Made by a program: the position numbers and the translations under genes. DNA of 64,000 nt from Terriglobia bacterium (lineage in GTDB: Bacteria; Acidobacteriota; Terriglobia; 2-12-FULL-54-10): NCBI GenBank assembly GCA_963666975.2, contig CAXVYR010000004.1:1344001-1408000 (forward strand). The letters are read 5' to 3'. The notes under the pieces are model-generated. The model was not told the origin of the DNA. It worked only from the letters and a program-made list of their open reading frames with translations, and did no database searches. Numbering within the stretch: the stretch's first letter is position 1; the number at the start of each line of letters is the position of its first letter. Below are positions 18,298 to 34,045 of this stretch, in pieces.

Positions 18298-19752
18298 TTA
18301 TTTCCTTCCAATCGCCTGCAACAGGTCCGCCAGCGGCACAACGATACCGTGGATCGGCACGATTCGGTCTACGTCCAGATTCAACCGCTGGATGTTGTCG
18401 TACAGGTTCACGGTGAAGACGTTGGGAATCGGCGGCGGGGCCTCGCCGGGCCGAGGCGAGTAAACGTCGGCCTCAATCAACAGCTTCTCCCCCGGCAGAT
18501 ACGCCATGATGATTCCTTCATTGTGCCCGCTGCCTTGAATGTGGTGAATTTCCATCGTCCGCTCGCCATCGGTCAGGACGTGCTTCTCCGTTACCGTCTC
18601 AAAGGTTGCCGGCCTGGGGGCCTGCGAGAGCCTGTCGGGGTTCAAGGTGCGCGGGGCTTGCCAGACCCGTTCGTAAAACGCTCTGTTCATTTCGTGCGTG
18701 ACGACCGTCGCGCCCTCGGCAACGTAGGTGCGGAGCCCGCCGGAGTGGTCGAAGTGGTGGTGGGTGTTTACCACGTAGCGGAGCGGTTTGTCGGGAACGA
18801 GCTTTTTCACCTCCGCGATCACGGCCTCAGACCGCTCCTCTCCGGCGGGAGCCTCGACCACCACCACAAAATCCCGGAACTCTACGGCCACGCTGTGATG
18901 GGAACCTCCGGTCAGATGCCACACCCCGTCCACCACTTCTTCTGACTCCACCCGAACGGGCTGCGGAGTCGATTGCCGTACGGCGTCGGGCACTTCTATA
19001 TCGGCGGCAGCATTCGGCTGGACATCGCCCACGGTAAGGTCGAGCGTAGGGTAGCCACCCTGCTTCTGAAGGATTTTCGTGGGGAACTTCACGCCGTTGA
19101 AATCCTGATAGTTCGAGTAGGCGATCTCGACCGGCATGTCCCCGAGGACAGGATTTGCAATCCAGGTTTCCACACTCTGGACCAGATTCTGATCACTGAT
19201 AATTCCATTCACCCGGAACCTGCCGTCCAGCGCGAAAGAGACGACGGTCACCTCTCTGCCTTCTCTGGTTTGCGACTCGGCAGTCGGGTTGCCAGCCATT
19301 GCCGCTCTGACAAAGCCGTGCGGCGTCAGCCAGATTTGGAGGCGTCGCTCAGCCGCAGCCTCCGGCGATGGCCTCAGGTCGTCTCCAATAATGGTCCAGG
19401 CGGCTTCCCCGCTCACCACGCCCACCTCGCGCCGTTCTCCGATGAGCGGCTGGAAACCGCCGCCGCGTGGCGGATCTTCGCGGGTCCGAACCAGCTCTTC
19501 CCGGGACGAAACGGTGTCGTAGTCGACGACCCGCACGTAGCTTTTCGCATTGAATTTCGGCCATGGCTCATTAGGGTTATAACTCTGGGCCAGAGCAAAG
19601 TAGTAGCCGCTGCCCGAATACCGGATCGATTTCAGGTTCGTGGCGCCCATCGTTCTGGCCGCATTCTCCAGGACGGTCGTTGCATCCGGAGGTCTCTGAC
19701 CACATCCCGCCAGAGCCAGGAGCGCAAGAATAAACAGGAATTTTTTCTTCAT
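18298..19752 (-). CDS. Lipoprotein with C-terminal metallo-beta-lactamase fold
   Basis: Lipobox LAGC; THHHFDHSGG; PIHG. Confidence 0.85.
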   Translation of the reverse strand: MKKKFLFILALLALAGCGQRPPDATTVLENAARTMGATNLKSIRYSGSGYYFALAQSYNPNEPWPKFNAKSYVRVVDYDTVSSREELVRTREDPPRGGGFQPLIGERREVGVVSGEAAWTIIGDDLRPSPEAAAERRLQIWLTPHGFVRAAMAGNPTAESQTREGREVTVVSFALDGRFRVNGIISDQNLVQSVETWIANPVLGDMPVEIAYSNYQDFNGVKFPTKILQKQGGYPTLDLTVGDVQPNAAADIEVPDAVRQSTPQPVRVESEEVVDGVWHLTGGSHHSVAVEFRDFVVVVEAPAGEERSEAVIAEVKKLVPDKPLRYVVNTHHHFDHSGGLRTYVAEGATVVTHEMNRAFYERVWQAPRTLNPDRLSQAPRPATFETVTEKHVLTDGERTMEIHHIQGSGHNEGIIMAYLPGEKLLIEADVYSPRPGEAPPPIPNVFTVNLYDNIQRLNLDVDRIVPIHGIVVPLADLLQAIGRK

Positions 19753-19858
19753 AAGCCCTCCTTGGGTATCGGAATTGGCTTTCTATCCGTAAGTGTCAAT
19801 CCCGTGGCTGCAATCATAGACTACTGTAGCCATATCCGTCCCTGGTTTTTTCGACCCG

Positions 19859-21310
19859 CTACTTGCCGATGCAAAACGTCGAGAAGATGTTATTCAGGAT
19901 GTCTTCGACTGTTGTCTCGCCGGTGATGGCGTCGAGCGGGCGCAGGGCACCATAAAGATCGAGCAGCAGCATTTCGTGAGGGACGCCGTTTTCTAAGCTC
20001 TTGCGGGCGGCCGCCAGCGCCTCGAGCGACTCACAGACCAGCCGTTCCTGCCGCACGTTGGTGAGAAACTGCGACTCGCGGTCTCCGGCCAGCGCCGGGG
20101 CTGCCGTCTCCAGGATCGCCTGGCGTAGCTCTTCGATCCCTTCCCGTTTCAACGCGGAAACAGTACAGACCGGGCGACCATCCTGCGCTGCCAGCACTTG
20201 CCTGTCTAGTTGCTGCGGCAGGTCGCACTTGTTGACCACCAGCAGCATCTTGCCGAGCGCCGAGAGCCGTTCGAGCAGGTCGCGGTCCTCCGCCGTCATC
20301 TCTTCCGAGCCATCGAGCACCAGCAGGGCCATGTCGCTATCCGCCGCTGCTTCATAAGACTTGCGCACGCCGATGGTTTCGGCCTCCTCGAAGGCACGCC
20401 GCACGCCGGCCGTGTCCACAAAGCGCAACGGGATGCCCTCGAGATCGACCGTCTCAGAGACCAGGTCGCGCGTTGTCCCCGGCGCGGCGGTGACGATGGC
20501 GCGGTCTTGGTCGAGCAGGCAATTAAACAGGCTCGACTTGCCGACGTTTGGCCGCCCAAGAATGGCCAGCATAAGCCCTTGCTGGATGAGCTTGCCCGTC
20601 TGAAAGCTTTGGGCCATCTGTGCCAGCGCTTCTTCTACGGGTTCCATGCGCGAGCCGATCTCGGCAGCAGGAAGAACGCTGACATCATCTTCGGCGAAGT
20701 CGATCCCGGCCTCGAGCAGCGAGATCAGGTCAACCAGTTGCTTTTTGACAGGAGCCAGGCGGTGGGAGACGGCCCCTTCCACCTGCTGCGCGGCGACGCG
20801 TGCCTGGTAGAGCGTTCGGGCCTCAATCAGGTCGTTGACCGCCTCGGCCTGGGTGAGGTCGATGCGGCCGTTGAGGAAGGCGCGCAGCGTGAACTCGCCC
20901 GGCTCGGCCAAGCGCGCTCCCGCATCGAGGCACCGCTGGACCAAAAACTCCAGGACCACCGGCGAGCCGTGGCAACTGACCTCTATAACGTCTTCGGCTG
21001 TGTAAGAGCGGGGCTTGGGAAAGTATGTAGCAAGGACGCGGTCGATAGCTGCGCTTTGCCCGGCATGACCCCCTTCATTACTATTCTCGTCCGGCAACTC
21101 GGCATAGACAACGTGCCAGGGAGCGAGCGCCAGCGGTGCCGATGATTTTCCTTCCGCAACTCCGTTGGCACGTCGGCTGGCACTTCGGCCGGCACGTCGC
21201 AATATCTTTTGCGCGATGCGCAGGGCGTCAGGCCCGGAGAGACGTACGACACCGATGCCGCCGCGCCCGGCGGGCGTGGAGATGGCAACAATGGTATCGT
21301 CGGTGTTCAT
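19859..21310 (-). CDS. mnmE: tRNA modification GTPase MnmE
   Basis: [43 protein letters not shown], terminal FCIGK. Confidence 0.97.
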   Translation of the reverse strand: MNTDDTIVAISTPAGRGGIGVVRLSGPDALRIAQKILRRAGRSASRRANGVAEGKSSAPLALAPWHVVYAELPDENSNEGGHAGQSAAIDRVLATYFPKPRSYTAEDVIEVSCHGSPVVLEFLVQRCLDAGARLAEPGEFTLRAFLNGRIDLTQAEAVNDLIEARTLYQARVAAQQVEGAVSHRLAPVKKQLVDLISLLEAGIDFAEDDVSVLPAAEIGSRMEPVEEALAQMAQSFQTGKLIQQGLMLAILGRPNVGKSSLFNCLLDQDRAIVTAAPGTTRDLVSETVDLEGIPLRFVDTAGVRRAFEEAETIGVRKSYEAAADSDMALLVLDGSEEMTAEDRDLLERLSALGKMLLVVNKCDLPQQLDRQVLAAQDGRPVCTVSALKREGIEELRQAILETAAPALAGDRESQFLTNVRQERLVCESLEALAAARKSLENGVPHEMLLLDLYGALRPLDAITGETTVEDILNNIFSTFCIGK

Positions 21311-21340
21311 GGGAACGATCGGCGGGCACACATCTGGGAA

Positions 21341-21367
21341 CGCTCCCTCACGGTCGCGGCTCGGATT
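21341..21367. repeat. Family-A REP overlapping the jag stop codon
   Basis: CGCTCCCTCACGGTCGCGGCTCGGATT encodes the final SEPRP* of Jag. Confidence 0.85.
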
Positions 21368-21860
21368 TTTTGTCCGCTGGATAAATGACCACTTTGCGGT
21401 AGGGCCCCCCGCCCTCGCTTTCGGTGCGTACCGCCGGGTTTTCCTTCAGGGCCAGGTGGACGATGCGCCGGTCGCGGGAGGTCATAGGACTCAGAGAAAA
21501 GGGCATGCGGCCGTGGGCCACCCGCTCGGCTGCCGTTTCGGCCATCAGCCGCAGCTCGTCGAGATGCAATGTTCTAAAATCCTGGCAGTCGAAGACGATT
21601 TTGCCCTGCTCGGTCAGCGGCAGGCGCAGAGCCTTGGTGACGATCTGTTCCAGCGCCTCCAGCAGCTCGCCGCCGCGCTCCAAAAGGAGATTGGTGTCGG
21701 GGCCGGAGAAATTCACCACCAACTCCGGACTTCCCAGGTCGCGATATCTCTCCGATCCCGCCTGCATTTGAAATTGCAGGTGGAACCTGGCCTGCTGCAA
21801 CAGCGGGCCGAGCAATTGCTCCACTTGCGGTTTCACTTTTTCCAGATCCAATGCTCCCAT
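21348..21860 (-). CDS. jag: Jag/EloR KH-R3H RNA-binding protein (short form)
   Basis: [14 protein letters not shown]...[13 protein letters not shown]3H motif; between yidC and mnmE. Confidence 0.88.
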   Translation of the reverse strand: MGALDLEKVKPQVEQLLGPLLQQARFHLQFQMQAGSERYRDLGSPELVVNFSGPDTNLLLERGGELLEALEQIVTKALRLPLTEQGKIVFDCQDFRTLHLDELRLMAETAAERVAHGRMPFSLSPMTSRDRRIVHLALKENPAVRTESEGGGPYRKVVIYPADKKSEPRP

Positions 21861-21861
21861 C

Positions 21862-23598
21862 CTATTTCTTCTCCAGAGCCTTTTTCTTTTTGCCTGAGGC
21901 AGCTCGCTTCGCCTCAACCAAATGCTTCATCTCGGTGCGATTAATGTACACCTGCTGAGCGATCCCCACCAGGTTGCCCGTCAGCCAGTAGAGCACCAAG
22001 CCGCTCGACAAACTCCAAAAGAAGAACAAAAACATCACGGGCATGAACATCATGATCTTCTGCTGCGTCGGGTCCGGCGAGGTGGCCGGGCTCATCTTTT
22101 GCAACAGGAATTGAGTGCCGCACATCAGCAGCGGCAGCACCTTGATGGAAAACGATTCGGGCGACGAAAGGTCCTGTATCCACCAAATCCATGGGGCATC
22201 CCGCATCTCGATGCTGGAGATCAGGACCCTGTAAAAGCCGATAAAAAAGGGAAGCTGCAGCAGCATCGGCAAGCAGCCCCCGAGAGGGTTCACGCCGTTC
22301 TTCTTATACAAGGCCATGGTCTCGCGCTGCATATCCTGCTTGCGCGGGTCTTTGAGCTTGTACTGCTTGTACTTCTCCTGAATGGCCTTGATCTGCGGCT
22401 GCAACCGCTGCATCTTCATCATCGAGCGGAGGCTTTTGAGCTTCAGCGGAAACAGCAGCATGTTAATGAAGATCGTCAGCAGGATAATGGACCAGCCGTA
22501 ATTGCTGACGATGTTGTCGTGGACCCACCGCAATCCCAGGAACAAGGGCTTGGCGATGAACTCGAACCATCCATAGTCCACCAACTCCGGCAGAAGGGCA
22601 TCCACGCTAGCCAGCACGTCGGTCGCCTTGGGCCCGACATATAACCGCATGCTGTTCTCCGGAGAATTCCCGCTCCCTACGGCCACCCCTACCGCAGGGC
22701 TCATCTCGTCCTGGCCGGGCAGTCTGATCTCGTGCCGGAAGGCGGTCACCCGGAGCGGGCCTTGCTGCGGCAGAAAGACAGCCGAGAAAAAATGGTCCTC
22801 AATTCCCGCAAATCGAAACGGACCGCTGGCTATAGTTTCCTCTCCCTCCACATCGCCGGGGTCGAGACGCACCATGCCCTCCGGCTCCCGGTACAGGACC
22901 CGTATCCCTCCCATGCGCGGCCCCGCAATCCGCATCTCGCCGAAGGCTCCCGGCCACGCAATCCCGTGGCCGATGGCTCTGCCGTCGCGAGAGAGCGCGG
23001 TCTCGGTCTCCACCACATAACTGTCGCGGGAGAAAACGATCTGCTTGCGGGCGGCGACCCGGCCGCTGCTGTACTCAAACGTCAAGGTGACGGGAGCACG
23101 CAACCGGCCCCTCGCAGAGGGGACAAACAAAGCTGTGTTGATCTCCTCCCGGAGGGCCCGTTCAGAAACCCACAGGGAGAAGGGATCGCCCGCTTGAGCC
23201 GCCGCCTCGGTATGCACCAACTCCAGCGGATTGCCCTCGGGATCGAGGTAGTCTTTCAGGGTCCAACTCTTCACCACCGCCCCGCGCGTGGAAAAGACGA
23301 CCCGATAGAGATCAGTCTCCACGGTGATTTCCTGCTCGGATCCTCCCGCTGTCGGCGCCATCTGGAGCGCTGGTGACTCCGGCGCTTCTCCTATTACCAC
23401 AGGAGCCGAGGGCAGGGGCTCGGACGGCTCTTGCTCACCGGCAATTTCCCCGGCTTCGCCGCTCACGTCGCCGCCCGCGTCACTGCCTCCCGGCGGAGGC
23501 GACTGCACCAACAGCGAGCGCGACAACAACAGCACCAGGAAGGAAAGGCCGAAGGCCAGCAAGACTCGCAGTTCCGGGGAAAGTTCTTTCTTAGCCAT
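21862..23598 (-). CDS. yidC: Membrane protein insertase YidC
   Basis: VDYGWF..IAKPL, NYGWSIILLT, GVNPLGGCLP, SGLVLYW. Confidence 0.96.
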   Translation of the reverse strand: MAKKELSPELRVLLAFGLSFLVLLLSRSLLVQSPPPGGSDAGGDVSGEAGEIAGEQEPSEPLPSAPVVIGEAPESPALQMAPTAGGSEQEITVETDLYRVVFSTRGAVVKSWTLKDYLDPEGNPLELVHTEAAAQAGDPFSLWVSERALREEINTALFVPSARGRLRAPVTLTFEYSSGRVAARKQIVFSRDSYVVETETALSRDGRAIGHGIAWPGAFGEMRIAGPRMGGIRVLYREPEGMVRLDPGDVEGEETIASGPFRFAGIEDHFFSAVFLPQQGPLRVTAFRHEIRLPGQDEMSPAVGVAVGSGNSPENSMRLYVGPKATDVLASVDALLPELVDYGWFEFIAKPLFLGLRWVHDNIVSNYGWSIILLTIFINMLLFPLKLKSLRSMMKMQRLQPQIKAIQEKYKQYKLKDPRKQDMQRETMALYKKNGVNPLGGCLPMLLQLPFFIGFYRVLISSIEMRDAPWIWWIQDLSSPESFSIKVLPLLMCGTQFLLQKMSPATSPDPTQQKIMMFMPVMFLFFFWSLSSGLVLYWLTGNLVGIAQQVYINRTEMKHLVEAKRAASGKKKKALEKK

Positions 23599-23678
23599 GA
23601 GCAGCAGCGCGGGATTCAAACCCGTATGCAGAAAGTTTGTGGTCTGGATTGCCGGCTCCACCCGCCGGCGGAATTACT

Positions 23679-23888
23679 CTATGAGACGGGATCGTACCCG
23701 CCGGGATGGAAGGGGCGGCAGCGAAGCAAGCGCGCCGCCGCCATCCAAAGCCCCTTTGCCGGACCGTACTTCCCCACCGCGTCTGCCGCGTAGCTGGAAC
23801 AGGTGGGATAGAACTTGCACGAAGAGGGCAGGACAGGAGAGATCGCCTGTTGGTAAAACCCCAGCAGCGCCAGCAGGAAGGTTTTCAT
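23679..23888 (-). CDS. yidD: Membrane protein insertion efficiency factor YidD
   Basis: [27 protein letters not shown]. Confidence 0.95.
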   Translation of the reverse strand: MKTFLLALLGFYQQAISPVLPSSCKFYPTCSSYAADAVGKYGPAKGLWMAAARLLRCRPFHPGGYDPVS

Positions 23889-24286
23889 GAGTCTCCCTTG
23901 TCTGCCTTCGCCGCCCGCGCGCAGGCCAGGAAAAAACTTTCCACAGCCGCCTCGAGCCGGGCGAAGCTCACAGACTTTGCCGCATGCCTGGGATTGAAGA
24001 CAATGTCCCAGCCCGGCCCCAGTTCCTGCAGGTGTCTCCGCGAGGCCTCGCGTAACCGTCGCTTGAGGAAGTTTCTTTCGACTGCCCCCCCCAGAGAGCG
24101 CGGCACGGTGAGCCCAATGCGGCTGAACGACATTCCATTTGCCAGGGAAAACGTCACCAGGAAACCCAGACTGCGGCGCCGCCCTTTCGAGTACACTCTA
24201 CGATAATCGGCTCCGCGCAGCAAGCGCACCTGCTTCGGGAAGCCAAGCCTGATTTTGGAGCCTTCCGAAGTGCCTTGCCGTGCCAA
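23885..24286 (-). CDS. rnpA: Ribonuclease P protein component
   Basis: [25 protein letters not shown]; start uncertain. Confidence 0.93.
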   Translation of the reverse strand: MARQGTSEGSKIRLGFPKQVRLLRGADYRRVYSKGRRRSLGFLVTFSLANGMSFSRIGLTVPRSLGGAVERNFLKRRLREASRRHLQELGPGWDIVFNPRHAAKSVSFARLEAAVESFFLACARAAKADKGDS

Positions 24287-24295
24287 CCCAGCCCC

Positions 24296-24442
24296 TCAGC
24301 GAGAGGATACCGAAAGATGCTTCCGGCCCCGTTGCCGTCTTCTGGACAGGATCTTGCGGCCGCTTTTCGTTTTCATTCTTTCCCGGAAGCCATGCGTCTT
24401 CGCTCGCTTCCTTTTCTTTGGCTGGTATGTTCTTTTAGGCAT
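24296..24442 (-). CDS. rpmH: 50S ribosomal protein L34 (not in ORF track)
   Basis: [48 protein letters not shown]. Confidence 0.97.
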   Translation of the reverse strand: MPKRTYQPKKRKRAKTHGFRERMKTKSGRKILSRRRQRGRKHLSVSSR

Positions 24443-24863
24443 GCTGTGCTGCGGGGGCTTTGCAATATGAACTTCTGTGCGTGCGGCCCGGAAAATCCGA
24501 GTATAAATGCACTGCTCATTGCTGTCAAGGATTCCACCCCGGCGGCGATTTTACTCATTGAGAGAATCCGGCTGCTGTGCTAAAATCTGCATGTCAAAAA
24601 CATGAGGGCAGCGGGTAGCTCGTTCCGGGTTGCCTCATGGCTGGAAGCGGAGCAAATCGGGAAGCAAAAGCAGCAGCCAGTGTCTCGGCCCGACCTCCGA
24701 GCGCAATATTGGAAGTTTTTGTTCGATTGCTAACTTCTCTGTTAACATAAGCTTAAATATATTTTGTGATTTTCGTGGAAAGACAGCTCCGATTTCCTCT
24801 CCTAGTTTCTTTCCTCTCGATCACGTTGGACTGCCCTTCATCCGCAGAAGAAAGTCAGCGCAG

Positions 24864-26165
24864 ATGAATCCCTGGGAAAAGATTCTGGATCATTTACAGA
24901 AAACGGTAAGCTCACAGAGCTACTCTACGTGGTTGAAGCCGGCCCGTTTTAGTCACATAGAGGACGCCACCCTCTTCGTTCGCGTCCCTAATGAGACATT
25001 CCGCGGCTGGTATGAGCAAAATTTTAGCGGGTTGCTGCAAAACGCATTGCAAACGCTGCAGCTTGGAGTCCAGCAGATTCAACTCGTGTGCGACGCCGAA
25101 AAACCTCGGAAGGAAACAGCCTCGCAGACCCGGTTTGATTTCGATTCCTCCCTGGCCCAATTCAACCCCCGGTACACCTTTGACACTTTTGTAGTAGGCG
25201 TGTCGAACCAGTTCGCGCACGCCGCTGCCGACGCTGTCGCACGCAACCCGTCCAAGGCGTACAACCCGCTGTTCCTTTACGGCGGAGTGGGCATGGGAAA
25301 GACTCACCTCATGCAGGCCATTGGACACACTCTGCGGGCTAATGGGTGCAAGCGGCTCTCGTATGTTTCCTGCGAGCAGTTTGTAAACGAGATGATCAAC
25401 TCGATCCGGTACGACCGTATGGTCTCCTTCCACGACCGCTACCGCACTCTGGACGCGCTTCTGGTAGATGACATCCACTTCCTGGGAAGCAAGGAGCGCA
25501 CTCAGGAGGTGTTTTTCCATACCTTCAACGCACTCTACGAGGCTCAAAAGCAGATTGTTATCACCAGCGACAGGCCCCCTCATGAGATTCCACAACTGGA
25601 AGAGCGTCTCAGGTCTCGCTTTGAGTGGGGACTGATGGCCGACATTCAAGCGCCGGACCTGGAAACCAAGATCGCCATATTGATGAGGAAGGCCGAATTG
25701 CAGGGCGCTTCATTGCCAGATGATGTCGCTTTATTTATCGCCGGAAAAATCCGCACCAATATTCGGGAACTGGAGGGCTCCCTGACCCGGCTGCTGGCAT
25801 ACTCCTCTCTTACGGGCGTTGATCTCACCCTGGGAATGGCGCAGCAGGTTCTGAAGAGCACCCTGGCCGCCCAGGAAAAGAAAATAAACATCGATGCGAT
25901 TCAAAAAGCGGTAGCAGATGAGTTCCATCTTAAAGTTGCTGATCTGAAAGCAAAAAATAACTCCCGGAAAGTGGTTTACCCCCGGCAAGTTTCCATGTTT
26001 CTATGCCGGGAACTTGCCGGTGCCTCTCTCCCCGAGATCGGCCGCTCTTTCGGGGGCAAGCATCACACGACGGTTTTGCACTCGATTGAGAAAATAAGGG
26101 GAGCCAGAAAAGCAGACAAAGAAATGAATCGGCTGATTCACAAGCTGAGCGACCTGCTTCAGTAG
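24864..26165 (+). CDS. dnaA: Chromosomal replication initiator DnaA
   Basis: YTFDTFVVG.SN, YNPLFLYGGVGMGKTHL, RLRSRF, GGKHHTTV. Start placed at ATG 24864. Confidence 0.98.
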   Translation: MNPWEKILDHLQKTVSSQSYSTWLKPARFSHIEDATLFVRVPNETFRGWYEQNFSGLLQNALQTLQLGVQQIQLVCDAEKPRKETASQTRFDFDSSLAQFNPRYTFDTFVVGVSNQFAHAAADAVARNPSKAYNPLFLYGGVGMGKTHLMQAIGHTLRANGCKRLSYVSCEQFVNEMINSIRYDRMVSFHDRYRTLDALLVDDIHFLGSKERTQEVFFHTFNALYEAQKQIVITSDRPPHEIPQLEERLRSRFEWGLMADIQAPDLETKIAILMRKAELQGASLPDDVALFIAGKIRTNIRELEGSLTRLLAYSSLTGVDLTLGMAQQVLKSTLAAQEKKINIDAIQKAVADEFHLKVADLKAKNNSRKVVYPRQVSMFLCRELAGASLPEIGRSFGGKHHTTVLHSIEKIRGARKADKEMNRLIHKLSDLLQ

Positions 26166-26438
26166 TAAAGTCTTTATGTCGGACATCTGAGAGATTTTTA
26201 ACACCTTTGTGGATTAACTGTGGATTGGTTGTGGATACGCGTGGAATTTTTCAGAGAGGTAAGCCGGCTGTTAGAAAGTTTCTTTAGAATATGGAGAGAT
26301 TTAGTTTCTTCGTCCACGGATATTCACTGTCTTTTCTCTATAGGAATCAATTATATATAGATTTTTCCACAGAATGCGCTTACTGATGATTATGATAGAG
26401 GGATACATGAAACAGAGATTCTCACAGAGGTAATTTAG
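26166..26438. other. Replication origin oriC (dnaA-dnaN spacer)
   Basis: AT-rich; DnaA-box variants TGTGGATTA, TGTGGATTG, TGTGGATAC at about 26208-26238; TTTTCCACA at 26363-26371 followed by a short spacer and six NTN trios (TTA CTG ATG ATT ATG ATA, 26380-26397). Confidence 0.85.
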
Positions 26439-27575
26439 ATGGAATTCTCCGTACAACGAGCTGACCTGCTGAAAGAGTTGAACCTAACCCAGGGAGTTGT
26501 GGAACGAAAGACAACTATACCTATCCTCTCGAATATTCTTCTTGAAGCTTCCGGGGACTCTCTGCGTATAACGGCGACAGACTTAGAGTTGGGGATCCGC
26601 AGTTCGTGTCCTGCCAAGGTGAAGAAAGGCGGGGCCACCACCGTTGCCGCCAAAAAGATGCTCGACTATGTAAGGCAGTTGGAGCAGGCAGAGATCAAAT
26701 GTAAAGTTCAAGATTCCGCATCAGGCGGAAACTTACAGTTAAACTGCGGGCATTCCCATGTTCGCATGCCCGGGATCGCGAAAGATAATTTCCCCGTTCT
26801 TCCGGATTTTCCCGGGAAGCTGGCTGTGCTTCCCTCGGAGATGTTCTCGCAGATGATCAACCGCACGATCTTCGCCGTTTCCAGCGAGGAGTCGAGATAC
26901 ACGCTGAACGGGGCGTTGCTGTTGTTGAAGCCCGAGACAATGACAATGGTTGCCACAGACGGTCACAGGCTGGCTCATGTGGAAAGCGACCCTGCACTGG
27001 CAAAAAAGGGTTATGGAGGCGTCGGTGGGGAGATGAAAATTTTGGTTCCCCGGAAAGCAATGGCGGAGTTGGTTCGCCTTCTGGGAGAGTCGAAGGAGAA
27101 CGAAGGGATCGATTTTGGGAAGGACGACAACCATCTATTTTTCCAAGTGGGAGGCCGCCTGCTTGTCTGCCGCATGCTGAGCGGCCAATTCCCGAACTAT
27201 GAGGCTGTATTGCCGAAGGGAAATGATAAGAAGGTGGTCCTGGACAGGGACCTGCTTACTGCTGCCGTCCGGCGGGTGTCCTTATTTTCTGACGAGCGGA
27301 CGCATAGCATCCGGTGTCATCTGAATAAAGATGAGTTGAAATTCGCCTCCTCCGGGTCGGAGGTGGGGGAGTCGGAGGAGTCCCTGCCGGTAAATTACGA
27401 GGGAGGGGAGCTGGAGGTCGGCTTCAATTGGCAGTACCTGCTGGATTTTCTGGCTGCCTCCGGGGGGGGGGATATTTCCATGGAGTTCAAAGACCAGCAG
27501 AGCGCCGGTCAGATGAGGCCTGTCACGGAAGAAAACCTTAAATACCGCTACGTGATTATGCCTATGAGGATATGA
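26439..27575 (+). CDS. dnaN: DNA polymerase III beta clamp
   Basis: KTTIPILSNILL, ATDLE, ATDGHRL, GQFPNY, YVIMPMR. Confidence 0.98.
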   Translation: MEFSVQRADLLKELNLTQGVVERKTTIPILSNILLEASGDSLRITATDLELGIRSSCPAKVKKGGATTVAAKKMLDYVRQLEQAEIKCKVQDSASGGNLQLNCGHSHVRMPGIAKDNFPVLPDFPGKLAVLPSEMFSQMINRTIFAVSSEESRYTLNGALLLLKPETMTMVATDGHRLAHVESDPALAKKGYGGVGGEMKILVPRKAMAELVRLLGESKENEGIDFGKDDNHLFFQVGGRLLVCRMLSGQFPNYEAVLPKGNDKKVVLDRDLLTAAVRRVSLFSDERTHSIRCHLNKDELKFASSGSEVGESEESLPVNYEGGELEVGFNWQYLLDFLAASGGGDISMEFKDQQSAGQMRPVTEENLKYRYVIMPMRI

Positions 27576-27633
27576 GCGGGGTTGTGCTGTTGCCAGCAGG
27601 ACGGTAGAGCATAGAACAACGGAGTAAAAATAA

Positions 27634-30060
<2,427 letters not shown>

Positions 30061-30083
30061 CCCCGCCCTGAACGCCCCCCCGT

Positions 30084-30128
30084 GCTGTCATCCCGAGGAG
30101 CACAGCGACGAGGGATCTGCTTTTCGCT
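30084..30128. repeat. Family-C palindromic repeat
   Basis: GCTGTCATCCCGAGGAGCACAGCGACGAGGGATCTGCTTTTCGCT; near-identical to the mnmG insert. Confidence 0.85.
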
Positions 30129-30165
30129 GCCACCGCGCAGTGCCTTTGTCATATAATCTCCCGCC

Positions 30166-30393
30166 ATGGAACTGAACGAGGAGACGCAACATTGTGTCCC
30201 GGAGCCGAGTCGGAAAGAACGGCTGATCGCTTTGCGTGATTGGGTCGCGAAAGAGACCGAGATTACGAAACGCATGAGAGCCGAGTTCGCGGATGCTAGG
30301 GGTTCTCTCCCGAGCACGACCGTTTGGGATGCACTCGCCGTCCTGGAAGCCCGCGTTGCGAAGCTGGAAAGAAGTGGCCGCGGAAGACCCTAA
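30166..30393 (+). CDS. 75-aa hypothetical protein with C-terminal coiled coil
   Basis: LEARVAKLER tail; TATAAT at 30152-30157, 8 nt before the ATG. Confidence 0.6.
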   Translation: MELNEETQHCVPEPSRKERLIALRDWVAKETEITKRMRAEFADARGSLPSTTVWDALAVLEARVAKLERSGRGRP

Positions 30394-30422
30394 GCTAGGA
30401 TATCAGCAGTAAGCAGTGCTCG

Positions 30423-30476
30423 CGCCGCAAGTTCATCGAGGAAAACGCCCTCGACGGGAAGAACCTGAATGTATAG
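30423..30476 (+). pseudogene. Duplicated 3' end of gyrB (18 codons including stop)
   Basis: [17 protein letters not shown] versus [17 protein letters not shown] (30007-30060); 4 mismatches in 54 nt. Confidence 0.93.
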
Positions 30477-30513
30477 GAATATATAGGGCGGACGTGCAGG
30501 GCAAGAGTTTATT

Positions 30514-31242
30514 TCAGGCTGGCTGTACTGTTTTCAAGGCCGCATCCATTTCAGTGAGGATGCGCTGTGCCGCCTGTCGGGGGTCGGCGGCGTCTCGGAT
30601 GGGACGGCCCACCACCAGGTAGTCGGCTCCGGCTTGGATGGCATTGGCGGGAGTAGAGCTTCTTTGGTGATCGTCGGTCGATGCGCCCGCCGGGCGGATT
30701 CCCGGCGTCACGATGAGCAACCGGTCTCCGGCCATCTTGCGGATTTTCCGGGCTTCCAGACCGGAGGCGACCACGCCATGGCACCCGGCCTCCATCGCTT
30801 TTTTGGCGCGGCGGAGAACAAGCTCTTCTGCGGAACACTCCAAACCCAAACTCTGAATGTCGGCGGCGTCGAAGCTGGTGAGCACCGTGACGGCAAGTAT
30901 CTGTAAGCTGCTGCCGCGCGATGCCTCGACGGCGGCAGGAACGGTCTTGCCGCTCTCGTGCACGGTGAGGAACGTCGCCCCCAGGCGGACCACCTGCTCC
31001 ACCGCCCGTTTCACGGTTTCCGGCACGTCCAGAAATTTTGAGTCCAGAAAAACTTTTTCCCCCTCCGCAATCAGTTGCCGCGCAAAATCCGGCCCGGCGG
31101 CCAGTTGCAGCTCCATGCCGATTTTGAAGAAGGAAACCACGCCGGCTAACTCGGCGACCAGCTTTTTGGCTTCTGCCGGGGTGGGAACATCGAGGGCGAC
31201 GATCAGTCTTTCATTGATTTCTTTGCGGTGGGGCGGTGTCAT
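30514..31242 (-). CDS. pyrF: Orotidine-5'-phosphate decarboxylase
   Basis: RLIVALD, DSKFLDVPETV, VTVLTS, VTPGIRP, DYLVVGRPI. Confidence 0.95.
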   Translation of the reverse strand: MTPPHRKEINERLIVALDVPTPAEAKKLVAELAGVVSFFKIGMELQLAAGPDFARQLIAEGEKVFLDSKFLDVPETVKRAVEQVVRLGATFLTVHESGKTVPAAVEASRGSSLQILAVTVLTSFDAADIQSLGLECSAEELVLRRAKKAMEAGCHGVVASGLEARKIRKMAGDRLLIVTPGIRPAGASTDDHQRSSTPANAIQAGADYLVVGRPIRDAADPRQAAQRILTEMDAALKTVQPA

Positions 31243-31506
31243 GGTCTTTGAAATCAACTCAGTGTAGCCGCTCCGCCGGACGGAAACAAGGGCTGAGCCC
31301 CATGTTTCTTCCTCGCCGTTTCCAGGCGGTTTTCGATCCATCCGAAGGCCGGAACTCTAGTGAAATTTCGGCTGCAAGCAGCTATAATTAAAGATTGCAG
31401 TAACCAGCCGCAGTACCAACCGAAGATAGGTAAAAGAGCGGCAGGCCCGGCTCCCCGAACAGCGGCAACAACTATCCAATTTTCATAAAAGGACCCACGA
31501 GACTTC

Positions 31507-34029
<2,523 letters not shown>

Positions 34030-34045
34030 AATTTTCCCGATCATA

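Noticed and set aside
24630-24863. N-terminal extension of DnaA from the ORF track (similar extensions for recO, pyrF, gcvPA, yidC and LOG)
   Set aside because: Family similarity begins at downstream starts; the extensions overlap promoter regions or neighbouring genes.
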